Positions 22,575 to 35,798 of a DNA stretch of 64,000 nucleotides are shown here, piece after piece. The DNA lies in assembly GCA_026936335.1 (NCBI GenBank), contig JAPMXV010000004.1, positions 248,001 to 312,000 on the forward strand. Direction: 5' to 3'. The position numbers and the translations under genes are program-made. Position 1 is the first letter of the stretch, and each line of letters starts with the position of its first letter. The notes under the pieces are model-generated. The model was not told the origin of the DNA. It did not search any database and worked only from the letters and a program-made list of their open reading frames with translations. This stretch comes from Mantamonas sphyraenae STR306. Taxonomy: Eukaryota > Protista > CRuMs.

Positions 22575-25500
22575 TCAATCATCGGCGAATTCCTCCTCCT
22601 CGTCATACTCCACAATCTCCCAGTATGGAGTCCAGTCGTAGTCGCCAAACGAAATGGCATGCTCGGCCTTTTTCTTGGCTTTGCCGCTGACGTCGAAGCT
22701 GGGCACAATTTCCTTCACGGCGCGTGCCAGAGTGGACGTCAGGTACGGCAGCACCGCCTCCAGCACCGCCAGCTTGCCCTTGCCAAAGTCGCTTGCGAAT
22801 TTATCGCACACGTAGGGCAGCACAATGGTGCCTGCCTTTGTGTCCACCTTGACGCGCTTGCTCAGGAACACGTTGGCCAAGTAGTCCAGATCGCGGCCCA
22901 GAGTGTTGGGGGTGAAGCGCATCAGGAAGGGCGCACTCATGCTCACTCCCGTGGCGGCAAAGTTTATCCTTGGGTCCAGTTCAGAGAGGATGTAGAGGAG
23001 GCGCGGGTCGTTCTTTTCAAACTGCTGCTTCTTGATGAAACCGCTCTTGCCAGTGCGCTTCTGGTTGCACCGAAGGATGCCATAGCGAATGTCGTCCGCG
23101 GTGTAGTTCATGCCTCCGATGCGATAGTAGTAGTCGGCCATGTATGCCTTGCGCAGCTTCTGGATTTCCTTCAGGTTGTTGTGTCCGTTGCTGGACGCGG
23201 ACGACGAAGACGACGACGACGACGACGATGCTCCTGCAGATGAGTTGCCGCTCGATGACGATGTGCCTGCAGACGTGCTGCCAATGTCGGTTTCGTGCAC
23301 CTGCTTAAAGTGGCGCCCGACGACTGTGTGCAGCATCATGATATTGTACACGTTGAGCCAGAACGCGGTGCGCTGCTTGTTGGACAGCATGTTGAGATCC
23401 ACGGCCTGCAGTTCGCCCGTCGCCACAAAGAAGCGCTTGTAGCGTTTGTCCTCCTGCAATGCGTTGACGCCCTTGAAGTTGTGAGCACAGTCTCGCAGCA
23501 GATCATACAGCATGGTGCACAGCTTGTCCACCACAGCCAGCGGGTCGCCTGCTTCGCTGTTCCACACAGTGGCCATGTTGAGCCCCAGACCTGTGTCCTC
23601 GATGTCCACCAGGTCCAACAAACCCATGAACGAGCTGGCAATCATTTTGTCCACCTCGCTCTCTTGCAGGCGGCGTGGACGTTCCGGCTCGCCCAACTCT
23701 TCCATGACCCCTGCAAAGATGTCGTAGCTGGCCACGACGGCATCGTCGAGAGAGTTGCCCTCCTCGTCTTCCTCCAGAATGCGCTCCATTTTCTCCATGG
23801 CGAATTTGAGGTTGTTGTGGATGACCAGCAGGTCGTTGGCAAGCGCAAACTTGGGCACCATGGCATGCTGGTGCGATGTCGAGTCGCTGCCACGGCGGTC
23901 ATCGTGCAGGGAGGAAGAGGAGTCTGTGCGCTTGGTGGAGCCGCGCACAAGGTCGCGGAAAAAGTCCTCCAGCTTGTGGTTGTTCTCTTCGAGGAAGCGG
24001 TTTGCTGGCACCATGAACTTCTCCTTGTCGCCAAAGAAGACCTCGTTGGCCAGGTTCTGGATGATTTTGGTGACGAGAGCAAAGGAGCGACGCACCTTGG
24101 GCTCAACCTTCTCCTCGACGACGAGGTAGCCCTCAGGCGAGAGGATTGCCGGACAGAGGAAGCGCAGAAAGAGGAACCCACCCACGGCCTTGTCGCCTGC
24201 GTTTGCAAACCGGTCCTCCACGGTGTGGTAGACAAAGTGAAAGGCTGCTCGGATGCGGTCGGGTACGTTGTTGACGGAGCCGAGGATGGCGTCGAGGAAA
24301 CTTTGGGTCAAATTGAAGAGGTTGCGTGTGTTGTTTTCAACCAGGGCCGGAATGTCCGCCTCAGCCGTGGAATCCTCGAGACGGGAAGGGTCGATCTCGC
24401 AGGGGAAAGGGTTTGCAATGTAGCTGTCGGTGACGCCCTTGATGGTCTGGTGGAGATAAGGCAGGCCCACAAGCTTGAGGAATGTGGTCATCATCTTTGT
24501 GCTGACACTGTTTGTGCGGAACAGCGTGCCCTCGCTCTCTGTTTTGGCGACCTCGGTGCCGATGGCCGCTTCGAGCAAGTGTTTTGTGCGGCCCTCGTTC
24601 TCAAATACACGAATGAGGGCGCGCGAGGTGATGTCCAGATCGGGTGCCAGCGAGGCAAATGCTGTGGTAAAGTTGATTTGCTCGTGCATGAGGAGCTGCA
24701 TGGGTGGGGGGGAAGGAGAAAGGCGCTCGCGCGTCAGTGGTCCTCTCTGGAAGGCACGAGCAGTAGAGAAGGCACGGGGGGAGGCGGGCAAGGAGCAGAA
24801 GTGCAGGGCAAGGATGGATGCGAGGAGCTGTGTTGTGGGCGAGCATAGGGTGACACAGGGACGGCAGGGGACGAAAGGGGGAGCTTTCCAAAAGAGGGCA
24901 AGAGAGGACGGCGTACCTTGAGGAGCGGGTCGAACTTTTCAAACAGCGGCTTGTAGTTGTAGAACTGGATGCGGACATGGAGGTCCCCGGTGACATCCTC
25001 GTCCTTGAATTCTTCACGGGCGACGAGGGGCACCCATTCGTCGAAGAGGCTGTGTGCGAAATGCAAGGTGGCGAGCGCGAGGGTGAGCGTCGTCGGCGAG
25101 CAAGAACCAAAAGCGAATTTCGGTCCAACGTACTGGGCATATTGCAGGCGCGAGTCGTTGAGATGGATTTCAAACTCGCCCATGTAGTCAGGCTTGCTCC
25201 ATTTATCCTCGTCCCAGAGCTCGATGCGCAATGGCGAGCTGGCTGCAGAGACCTCACTGGAGAGAGGAGGCCAGAACACAATTTTGGAACAGAGGGCAAA
25301 CCCTTGCGTGTCAGGACAGTTGCGTGGAGAGGATTGGGAAGGCGTGGGGGTAGGAGGGACTGCGCAAACCTCGCCCATTCGGGACCAACATACAGCATAA
25401 AGGTCTCTTTCCACGTCGGGTCGAGCGTTTCCTTGATGGTGGCGGTCTGGAAGGAAGTGCCCTCGAGGTGGACGACGGCAAACGGGTCCGAGAGGCCATT

Positions 25501-25763
25501 GCTGTCCTTCGATGCCAAGCCACGGCCGGCAAGAACTGCACAAGCAAACAGGGGGGGAGTGGGGCAGACAGAGTAGACAGGGAAGGCGCAAGAGGAGATG
25601 TGCAGAGTGTCAGTACAGAGGGTGCGGTGAGGAAAACGGCGAGACGTGGAGAGCACTGACCCTCGACGGCGACGTAGCCGATGTTGTTTGCAAGCTTGCT
25701 TGCGCCAAGGCTGCTGTGAGGTCCAGAATCTTTGTCTTTCTTGGATTTCTTGGTAGTGCTCAT
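22575..25763 (-). CDS. C2 + RasGAP + DUF547 multidomain protein, multi-exon
   Basis: C2 (GRGLASKDSNGLSDPF..TLDPTW..WDED), RasGAP (TLFRTNS; FLFLRFLCPAILSP; KIIQNLAN), DUF547 (AFWLNVYN; DPRINFA; YDW). Confidence 0.85.
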
Positions 25764-25841
25764 GGACCGGGTGTGGGACATGCGAGGGGTGTGGTGGCGA
25801 GGGCGCAGGCAGGCAATCTCCCTCACAACAACAGCAAAAGC

Positions 25842-26949
25842 ATGTTCTCACGCACAGTGTACGCAGAGGACAAGACGGAACAAAAGCGGGTGGTTGCACG
25901 GGAAGAGGACGAGGAGTGGCAGGAGGTAGAGGCGACGGAGCTGCGCAAGAACATCAAGGGCGTGCGTGTGTTCTTCTCCAACGCGTACAAGGGCCTGCAG
26001 GAAACCAAGGTAGGGTGACACCGGGCGTGGGCATCGTCGATGTCGCTGTGCGCGTCGCTCCGCATGCTCATGATGTGGAACGCGAGCGCGTGCCGAGAAA
26101 GGGAGAAGGGACGTCGGAGGCTGACGAGGCGAATACGACACACCTCACACAGAGGCAAACGAGCGAACTGGTGGAGAACACAGCATCGTCGACGCGCAAG
26201 GCGCTGACAGATCTGAGTGCAGATGCAGATGAGAGGCTGAGCGGCGCCGTGAACGGTGAGTTGGCCGCGTGGGAGATGTAGGAGTGAACTAAGGAAGCCA
26301 AAGTCGGAACGGGGGCAAAACGGGAGGAAATGGGCTGACGCACACTTTTGTCTCCCGGCTGGCGGTTGGGACGACGTCGCATGGGAAAACAGACGTGCGC
26401 AACACGCAAACCATGGTGGACTACAACACAATCGGACGTGTGACGGTGGTGGTGACGGGCACAGTGGCCACAGGCAGGGTGCTGCGTCGCATGTGTAAGT
26501 TGCGTGGAACAACAGCGTGAGGACGCAGGGAGGCACACACACACACACACGCGAGAGGCTGCACTAACACGCGCATGGGGTTTTGTGACTCATGACCCAA
26601 CCATGTAACCGGGATCTGCCATCCTCAGTCCATGTGGGCCCGGTGATGTCCACCGCAGCGTCCACGGTGGTCGCTGGCTACCTCACAGGCAGCCTGTTCC
26701 CTGGACCGTGGCTGAAGCTGAAGCGCACGGTGGGCCGTGCTGTGGCACAGCCGCATGTGCAGCCGCTTGAGTGAGTTTCCATTGAAAAACGGGGCCATGA
26801 AACAGTGAAGAAGGACAACGCTCAGCGGGCTCACACCACCGACACGACACCCGGCACACACACACACACCAACGCACAGAGAGGAGAAGGGACTGAAGCA
26901 GATCAGCAAGGCGTTGGACATGGAGATCCAGAGCAAGAAGTCATCGTGA
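25842..26949 (+). CDS. Small multi-exon protein, possibly MICOS Mic26/27 (ApoO)-like
   Basis: 5 exons splice in frame (GT..AG); MFSRTVYAE start, helical region, two Gly/Ala hydrophobic segments (TGTVATGRVLRR; GYLTGSLFP). Confidence 0.45.
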
Positions 26950-27121
26950 GGAAGGAGGTTGAAATCAACGCGCGACACACACACACACACACACACACAC
27001 CAAATCCTTGTGGCACAATTACAGTCTTGCTGTTGTTTGGAGGATGATGCGTAGAGGGGTTTAATGGCGAGCAAAGGTGGCTCCATGCACTAGCGGAGGC
27101 ATCAGAACCCGAACACACGAC

Positions 27122-28714
27122 ATGAGCTCGAGAAGCTTCGGCTCCAAAGGCAAGGTGACAGTGGTGGGCGGCGGCTTGGCAGGTGCACTGATGGCCTGTG
27201 TGATGGCCCAGCGTGGATACACGGTGGCGCTGTACGAGATGCGTGGTGACATCCGTGACGTCAAGTCGCAGTTCTCGGGCCGCTCGATCAATCTGGCTCT
27301 GAGCGAACGTGGACGCTCAGCTCTGCGTCTGGTGGGGTTGGAGGACAAGGTGGTGCAAACCACCATCCCCATGCGTGCCCGATACATGCATGGTCGCAAC
27401 GGGTGAGTGTCAAGCATGGTCGCTGTCATGATGGAGGCAGGAAACACAACAAAGCTCCGGAGGGCAACCTCGTCTCCGGCAACGCACGAAACACTCCCGC
27501 TCACACACACGCACACACACACACACCCTCTGTCTCTCTCTTCAGTGAGGTGACCAAGCAACCGTATGGGACACACGGCGAGGCCATCCTGTCTGTGGAC
27601 AGGCGCCTGCTGAACCAGATCCTGCTGGACAAGGCGGAGGAAATGGGCATCGAGATCAACTTTCATCACGCCCTGCGCTCCATCTACTGGGGCGGCAACG
27701 AGGTGACCTTCGAAGTGCGTCAATCGTGGAAGGATGAACCGCGTGTGGTCAAGGTCACCGATCCAGGCCTCATTGTCGGAGCCGACGGCGCGTTTTCTGT
27801 TGTGCGCAGGAACATGATGCGCCGGCCCGGTTTCAACTTTTCCCAGACATACATCGACCACGCATACAAGGAGCTGTACATGCCACCTGCAGAGGGAGGA
27901 GGTAAGCAACGAAAGAGCAAGAGCCACTGCAGGAGCCACGGCGCTGACACCCCCTTCGCTGCACGCCCCGACATGAACAGGCTTCCGAATGCCCACCAAC
28001 TATCTGCACATTTGGCCGCGTGAAACGTTTATGGTGATTGCGCTGCCGAACCAGGACTGCTCCTTCACAGTGACGTGCTTTTTCCCGGCCTCCACTTTTG
28101 ACGAGCTGGGCTCGGACGACGACAAGATCACGGCCTTTTTCGAGCAGCACTTTCCCGATTTGCTTGAGCTCATCCCCAACCTGGTGGAGAACTACAAGGA
28201 AAACCCTGCGGGTGCTCTTGTGACGGTGCGATGCAGCCCGTACAACCTGGGCGACCGTGCAGTGATTGTTGGCGACGCGGCACACGCCATGGTGCCCTTC
28301 TACGGCCAGGGCATGAACGCATCGCTGGAGGACTGTCGTGTGCTCAACGCACTTCTGGACGAGTTCAACGACGACCACAAGCGCGCCCTGGACGCGTTTA
28401 CAAAGAGGCGCCAACCCGACGGCCTGGCCATCTGCGATCTGGCGCTGTACAACTACGTGGAAATGCGTGCGCACACTGCATCGCGTCTTTTCTTGCTGCA
28501 GAAGAAGCTGGAGGCATGGTTGCATTACCTGCTGCCCAAGTACTGGATCCCTCTGTACACACGCGTGTCTTTCACCACCGAGCCGTACGCAGAGGTTGTC
28601 AAGAACAGTGAGTTTCAGGACAGGATGCTCGGCTACGGCAAACAGATCCTCGTGGGCGGTCTAGCTGCCGTGGCTGCAAAGACCCTTGGGGCTCGTCTCA
28701 AGGCACGAATGTAG
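27122..28714 (+). CDS. KMO: Kynurenine 3-monooxygenase, 3 exons
   Basis: VVGGGLAG, GRSINLALSERG, GADGAFS, YKEL, LHIWPR, GDAAHAMVPFYGQGMN, WIPLY. Confidence 0.95.
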
Positions 28715-30404
28715 AGGAGGCGATCAGCAGCGCCACAAACCAGCAGTTTTCCGGAACGGCTGCGTCTCGGGAACCCTCGTTCTCTTGACCGTCGTCTTGG
28801 GTGTCGATATTGATGTAGGAGGCCGAGAGGGCCTTGAGGGCGACGGCAACTTGCGAGGGGGAAGCCAATGGATCAGCGCCCAGCGCCTGAGCCTGCAGTT
28901 GCTCCAGAGCGTGGGCCACCAGTTCATCCATGGCTGGCATCCGTGTCAAGAGGTCGTCCACTCCGCTGGCAGCCTGTTCGTCCAGGGACAACCTGGAAAT
29001 CTTTGCAAACATGGAATTTTCCTCGCTGCTCTCTTTGTTCGTCGTCTTGCCTTGAGCCGAGACACTGGCCTCGTCTCCGTGTGTCATGGTAAGCCAGTGG
29101 TCTTTGTGCAGGTGTGGCGTGATCGTCTCTGCACGGAGCCAAGCCGATGCAGATACAGATCGATGTATGTCGACGGAGCACAAGCTGTCGGTCCACTGGT
29201 CCCATGCAGTGTCGTCGAGGGTCACATCGCAGTTGATGTGCTTCTGACCGCCCTCTTTTGCCATCATGGCCATGTGCCCGTCCAGGATGTCATCCATGAG
29301 AGAGCGTGCTGCGCTGGCCTGTGTTGTCGACGGAGCAACCTTGCCCAACAGCCATCCTGAGTCACTTGACGCCACCGTGTCGCTGCGCCGCGGCTGTTTG
29401 CGTGCCTTTGGCATTGTCCATGCGTCCAGGCGTGTTGTGTTGTCGTGTGGATCCGGTAACATGTCAAATGCGTGCAGCTCCGGCGAATGGACTTGCGCGA
29501 TGGGTTGCTCAGCACGACTCAACGGCAAAGGGTTGGGGTGCATTGCAGGCTGGTCTCGATTGGCAGCAGGACGTTCGGACAAGACCCTCGTCTCTGTCGA
29601 TCGAGGTTCTTGAATGTTTGGTGACGAGGTGCCGGATGACCATTGCATCGATGCTGTCTCCTCGCCTGCCGGCTGCCAGCCGTCTTGGAACTCTGCTTCG
29701 AGCTGTGTGGCGACACAGGCGCTGCGTGTGTCACTGTCAAAATCCAGCTGCACGGAAAGCATGCATTCGTGCAGGGTCATTGTTTCGCCTGTGTCCACGG
29801 CATGGACAGCCTGGGCGTACGTCGCGAGCTCGCTGGGCACATCCAGATCAAGCATGGTGTGGATGCTCTCGATGTGTTCCAGGGGCATCAAGAGGCCTGG
29901 TACAGGCCATGGGTCCACGTCATCGCTCTCGTACATGTCTGCCAGTCGATCGCTCTGTTCCGGCCAATTCGAGCAAAGTGCAGTCAGGAACTCCAGGTCC
30001 TTGTGCCAAGGATCTCGTTTGCGCTGCACCTCAGGGAGTGGCTGTCCATCGCGCATCCTCTTTTGACTGCCCTTGTCCTCTGTGTGTGGTCTGTCAGCAT
30101 GTAGCTGTGGGCCCATGCTGTCCATCCATGTCCGTGTCTGCTCAGCCAGCGAGCTGGCCAGGTACTGCACCACCTTGTTTCGCAGCTGCATTTCCTTTCG
30201 CACCTTTGCAATGTGTGCATGCATGCTGTGCATGCTTCCTGTGTCATCCATGTCCATGTGAAGTCCGGTTCGAGCGAATCCTTCCAGGCGTGCTTGATCC
30301 GCCCCCTGCACCTCGTTTGTGTCGTCTCCACCCGTTGCACTGCCTGTTTGGCATCTAGCTCGCTTCAAAGCCCCCTCCACCTGTCGCAGTTCCTCCGTGT
30401 CCAT
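28698..30404 (-). CDS. Hypothetical protein
   Basis: ~570-codon ORF occupying a gene slot, divergent from the next gene; no family recognised. Confidence 0.65.
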   Translation of the reverse strand: MDTEELRQVEGALKRARCQTGSATGGDDTNEVQGADQARLEGFARTGLHMDMDDTGSMHSMHAHIAKVRKEMQLRNKVVQYLASSLAEQTRTWMDSMGPQLHADRPHTEDKGSQKRMRDGQPLPEVQRKRDPWHKDLEFLTALCSNWPEQSDRLADMYESDDVDPWPVPGLLMPLEHIESIHTMLDLDVPSELATYAQAVHAVDTGETMTLHECMLSVQLDFDSDTRSACVATQLEAEFQDGWQPAGEETASMQWSSGTSSPNIQEPRSTETRVLSERPAANRDQPAMHPNPLPLSRAEQPIAQVHSPELHAFDMLPDPHDNTTRLDAWTMPKARKQPRRSDTVASSDSGWLLGKVAPSTTQASAARSLMDDILDGHMAMMAKEGGQKHINCDVTLDDTAWDQWTDSLCSVDIHRSVSASAWLRAETITPHLHKDHWLTMTHGDEASVSAQGKTTNKESSEENSMFAKISRLSLDEQAASGVDDLLTRMPAMDELVAHALEQLQAQALGADPLASPSQVAVALKALSASYINIDTQDDGQENEGSRDAAVPENCWFVALLIASSTFVP

Positions 30405-30471
30405 GTTGGATTGGCTGGGACACCGCGTGCGCACAAGCACAAGAAATCCCTGTGACCTCCTTGTCGCCACC

Positions 30472-31687
30472 ATGAGCAGTGATATGGAGGACAAGGGCTA
30501 TGCCTTTTTCATCCTGTGCTCGGGCATTGGCACCCTGGGCTGGTTCATGTGCGTTTGCGCAGAGCCCTTTGTCCCTGTGTGATGAAAACCATCTTCGCAC
30601 CGCTGACTCTCTCACCGCCCCGCTCTCGCACACAGCGTCATCTTTGTGTCTCTCGGCACAGCGCACGAGGCTCACCCAATGCCCCTCATCGATCGCGAGA
30701 GCTATCCAGGGCCGCTTACTTGTACGTTGGCGCCCGCGTTTTGCCGCCTGCTCCAGACGCAGCTCACACCCTCTTCCCCCCTTTCCGGTTGACGGCCTGC
30801 CTGCGGACGACGTCCATGGTACCAACAGACGACGACGACGGATTGGCCATTGCTTCCAACGATCGTTGCTTCTACACCACCAAGGTCATCTTTGGTGTGG
30901 ACCTCTTGTTTCTCGTCCTCTGTGGGTTTGCGCGTTTTGCCGGGCTGAAAATAACCGACCTGCCCTCCATTTCCACACGCTGACACTGTGCGCAGTGGAG
31001 TTTTCTGGCTTTGTGTTTGGCTGCATCGGGGCGGTCATCACATGCATCACCTCACCCGTGGTGCTATTTTGCGCGAAAGTGACAGGCAACGAGACGGAGG
31101 AGGCTGTGCAGGCGTCTGTTGTTGGCTGGGGCGTCTTCATCCCCTATGCGGGCCTGCAGTTTGCGGCCATTTGGGGCTTCTATATTGCAAGCGAGTGCGG
31201 CACGGAGGGTCCGGGCCGTGTGGGCATCTCTACGCTGATCGCCGTGTCGGTGTTTCACCAGATGATGATTTTCCCGTTCACGTTGCTGCTCGTCTGCGCT
31301 ATTCCTGCCCTTTGCTGCGGCGTCGTGGTCGAAGCTTTGAGCGAGGTTGGTTTCCGTGGAAGGAGCAGCAACAGCGCCAACACGGAAATGGTCATCACTC
31401 ACTGGTCGGACAACGAACGCAACAATGCGGGCAACCTCCAGGGTGGATCGAGCGAATCCAGTCTGTTCCGAGGCGACAGTCTGGCCAACATCAGGTCGGT
31501 CGTGGTAGCCGCCCACTCCACCGAGACCAGTGAGAAGGCGGTGGAGCCCAAGGAGCAGCTGCCGACGTACAACCCGGTCACAGGCCAGTTGGAGCTCACG
31601 TCTGACTATGCCCCGCCTCCCAGCTCGGATGGCGACGTGGATGTTCCCGCACCGCCTCCTTCCAACTCATCGGCAGCGTTTCTGTAG
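30472..31687 (+). CDS. Hypothetical multi-pass membrane protein, multi-exon
   Basis: Several hydrophobic helices, Cys-rich segment, C-terminal LPTY/PPP tail; GT-AG introns. Confidence 0.6.
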
Positions 31688-31741
31688 GCAGCAGCGCCGT
31701 CACGGCCAATACACTGCACTACACACTATTTGTTCTTTCTG

Positions 31742-33147
31742 ATGTCCACGCACGTTGCAGAGACAGAGCCACGTGCGGTGTGCAGACTAGTGGGACACAC
31801 AGGCACGATCACCTGCATGGATAGGGAGCAAGCAGTGGTGGTCAGTGCAGCGGAAGACGAGACCCTGCTTGTGTTTTCACTTGCCCATGCAGGCGAAACC
31901 GAGCAGGTGGAGGCCTGTGCACAGGCTGCATGCGGCTGTGTGTTGGATGCAGTCCATGTGACCGACGTGAATGCAGATGCAGGCTCTGCTCGCGTCTATG
32001 CGGGTGCAAACACGGCGGTGCACTGCTTTGACCTGTCCCTGGACGACGCGGACAGGATACAGGAGGCTGTCTGGCGTGTGGATGGCGTCACTGAGGATGA
32101 CATCGACCGCTTAGACACCAATAGCACCGGCAACATGCTCGTGATTGGCGACGACAGCGGCACCGTGTCCCTCTTTGATCTTGAGTCGCAGCAGCTCGTG
32201 CAGAAACTCGGGACCCACGACAACGTATGTGCACAAGAGGCGTGTTCTATGCACTTCACTGCGTACACACAAGTTCCATCTCACACCCAACACCCCCCTT
32301 TTCCCCATCAGATTTGTGCACAGGTTCGTTTTCAGCCGAATCGCAACTGGGAGGTGTTGAGCGGGGGCATGGACTGCAGGGTGCGTCTGTGGGACACACG
32401 CGACGGCAAAATGGTGCGCGAGTGGAACACAAACCCCACACAACTGGAGCTGGAGACCACACACTCGTCCATGCTGAATCCTGCGTTTGCCTTTGCCCTT
32501 GCGGTGCCACCGAGCAAGCACAGCGCTGCACAGGTGGCTGTGGGTCTGGGCAACGGTCTGCTGAAGCTCATGGACCCATCTGCATCTGGATTTACGGGAG
32601 AGCTGCGTGGACACACACACATGGTGTCGAACATCGAGTTTGTGCCTGTGGGAGTTGGTGCGCGCAAGCATGCCACGTTTCCATGTCTCGCGTCTGTGGC
32701 CGACGATGGCACCTTGTGTGTGTGGGACATGCGACGCACAGAGTATTCTGCCGAGCAGGTGGCTCCTTACGAGGATGATGAGGACCGGCTGGGCGTGTTC
32801 AAGTTGCGTCGTTCGCCACAGCTCCTGCACTCGGTCCCCCTAAAGCATAAGGCCACTTCCGTGCTTGTCTGCCTGCATCCATCGCACGACAGCGCATGGC
32901 AGGCGTACCACCCTGGTGTCTGGAAAACAGCAGCAGCAGCGGGGTGGCAGTGGCAAGAGCAAAGGCAAAGAAGGCCAAAGGCAAGAAGGGTGGCAAGGGC
33001 AAGAAGGGGGGTATCACACGTGGAAAGAGCACGCCGCAGATGGACGAAAGCGTTGCAAGTGAGGTGGAGCGTGTGCGATGCTGGATGCTGGTCGATCAAG
33101 ACCGCGAGGTGGTTGTGTTTGAATCAACGCTTCCATTCGGCCATTAG
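31742..33147 (+). CDS. WD40-repeat protein (WDR53-like); two apparent +1 frameshifts near 32925 and 32968
   Basis: GH..WD repeats (GHTGTI; SGGMDCRVRLWD; GHTHMV..CVWD); the corrected tail reads WKQQQQRGGSGKSKGKKAKGKKGGK. Confidence 0.8.
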
Positions 33148-35700
33148 TCCTTACCCGGCTTGAAACCCCTGCGCACCTTGTTCTTGTTCTTGACATTGGC
33201 CACGGTGTAGTAGTTGCTGGCCTTGGTCTTGCTGGTTGTCATGCGCGGCTCCTTGGCCAACTTGTCCGCCTTGCCAATCGCCTGGAACTTGAGCTTGCGT
33301 CGCTTCTTGGCGCTCAGCTTCTGCTTGGGTTTGCTCTTGCCTTCTTTGCTGGATGCCTCGCTGTTCCTCTGCTGCTTGCCCTCGGCCTTTGCCTTGGTTG
33401 CAGGCAATTCGGCCACTGTTTCGCCTTCCACATTGGCAAACACATCATCCCAGTCCAATGCACCGTCGTCATTGTCGTCCTCGTCCACGTCGCTTGCTTC
33501 GTCCTCGTTCCCGCGATGCTTGCGCTTGCGCTTGCCCGAATCTTTGGCCGCCACCTTCTTGCCGCGTCGTCCGCGCTTCCCTGCACTCGACTGTGCATCC
33601 TCGTCCTCCGACTCTTCGTCTTCGCTGACCACATCGTTAAAGTCGTGGTCGATCTCCTGCTCCATGGCGTCGTACTTGCTGTTCAGCTTGAAGAATTGCT
33701 GTTCGACGCGGATTTCCTTCTTCTCCGTAGTCTCTGCGTTTTCGCTCTCCAGCGTGGTCACCAGGCTGCCATCCTCGGTCTCCACGGTTGACTTGATGCG
33801 TGTGGCCATTTCCCCGTCCTCTGCGTTGTCTTCGCCGCCCTCGCCTTCCTCACCCTGCTGACCGTCTTGGGCGGCTGAATCTGCCCCTGCGGCATTGTCC
33901 TGTGCCTGCTTGCTTGTTGTTTTCGGCCTCAGCCTCGTCCTCCGAGTCTGTTTCGTACTCGTCCTCGGGCGGCGTGACAAAGAAGGGAATCTTGCCGCGC
34001 TGCCAGTCGTGGAGGACCATTTTTTGCGGCGGTGTCCAAGTCGGGTTCGCCGTTGACAAACTTGCCCGTCTTGCGAGCGTACTGCTTGAGAAAGTCCAGG
34101 TGGTCTTCCCACTTGTCGATTTGGTAGGTGCGACGCACATGCTCGGGCTTGACACGCTTCAGCACGTCTTCGATGTACTGCGAGCACGACTCGAGGTTCT
34201 CGACGCGGACAACTCCCTTGAGGACAATGTCTGCGTCGCTGTCCTGGCCACTGCCGTACACAATGCCCGGGCAGTCAATGAGGTAGATGCGCTTCATGAG
34301 GGTGATGTACTGCCAGACCTTGGTCTCGCCCGGGATCGGGGCCACGTTGCACACCTTTTTCTTGCGCAGGGTGTTGATCACGGACGACTTGCCCACGTTG
34401 GGATAGCCGATGAAGCCGACGCTGATCTGCTGCTTGGTCTTGTGCAGAAAGGCAAACTGGCGAAGCAGCTGGATGAGCGAACCCTTGCCAAACGGATTGG
34501 TGATGGAGGCATGGAAGGCCAACGTGGGATACTCCTTGGACAGGTGACGCACCCAACGGGCGGTGACCGACGTGGGCACCAGGTCGCACTTGTTCAGCAG
34601 AAAGACGAGGTGTTTGTGACGCGCCTTCTTCTTCAGGGTCTTTTCCACGTACGGCGAGCGTGTGCCCATGGGGTCACGTGCGTCCAGCACTTGGATGACC
34701 ACGTCTGACGAGTCGATCACCTTCCACAGCTCCTGCCAGATGCGTTTGGACTGACCCTTGTCAAAGATGGGCTCGCGTGCCTCGTCACGCACACCTTCGT
34801 CTTCGGCCAGGGCACCATCGTCTTCCACTTTGTAATCCTGTGTCTTTTCTGCTGCCAGGCTGGTCAGGCTGGCGTAGTCGTAGGCGGCGAGCTTGGGGCG
34901 CCGCCGTGTCTTTTTCGACCCAAAGGTCTCTTCAAACGGCTCCACCTCGAGAATGTGCATCTTGCGCTCCTTCTCGGGGTCTTTGATGAGTCCCCAGGGC
35001 ACCTTGCTGGTCTTGGTGATCACTGTGTACGGGTCATGGGCCTCCTTTTCCATTTCGTCGAGGAACGCATTCAATTTCTCCTGCTTCACAGTGCGTGTGT
35101 TGCCTGTGCGTGCGTGTGATTGGGTTTGGCGTGTCAATGTGTGAACTCACGTTGCGCTCGGCTGCCACAAGGGACTGTGTGCATCATGTGTGCCGCGCGG
35201 TGACGGGCGCCGGGCGGAAATGCAGAAAAAAATCCGTGGCCCCCCTTGGGGGGCATTTTGGCTGGTGGGGGAAGCAAAGGGGACAGGAGGAGCCGGGCGA
35301 CAATGGTGGGATGAGAAGAAAGAAAGGGAGAGGGAGGGTGAAACATACCAAACCATCTGCGGTCTGGCTGGATGCGTGCGTTGGGCAGCTCCTTGCTCTG
35401 GAAGGCGTGGTACACGACCTTGCCGTCGCGGTTGTGGATGGCCTTCTCCTTGTACATGGCCAAGCGTTTGATGGTGGACGCATCACGGTACTGGCTGACG
35501 CCTTTGCCCGTGAGGTTCTTGGGCAGCACGCGCTTCTTGTTGGTGGAGGAGCCAAGCCGGACCTTGCGGACGCGACGCGCTGAGTTTCCCATGCCATTGG
35601 ACGTGGACTGCACGAGAGGGGCAGTTTGTGATCATGGATGGGTTAGCGGTAATGAACTTGGGGTGGCGGGGAACAATGGGCGGTCAGCTCAGCGTACCAT
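33144..35700 (-). CDS. NOG2: Nucleolar GTP-binding protein 2; ATG-only first exon; apparent +1 frameshifts at ~34022 and ~33921
   Basis: [17 protein letters not shown]|[48 protein letters not shown]. Confidence 0.95.
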
Positions 35701-35798
35701 GGTGGGTTTTCGGAACGGGGGAGTTTGGATTGGGATGGGCGACTGGACGCAATGTGTCAATGAACGGAAGGTCTGGTCAAGCAAACAGATGAGTGCAT

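Noticed and set aside
32920-34030. Euplotes-style programmed +1 frameshifting at AAA
   Set aside because: No stop codon follows the AAA, other breaks are at G/C runs, and the local clustering suggests consensus errors
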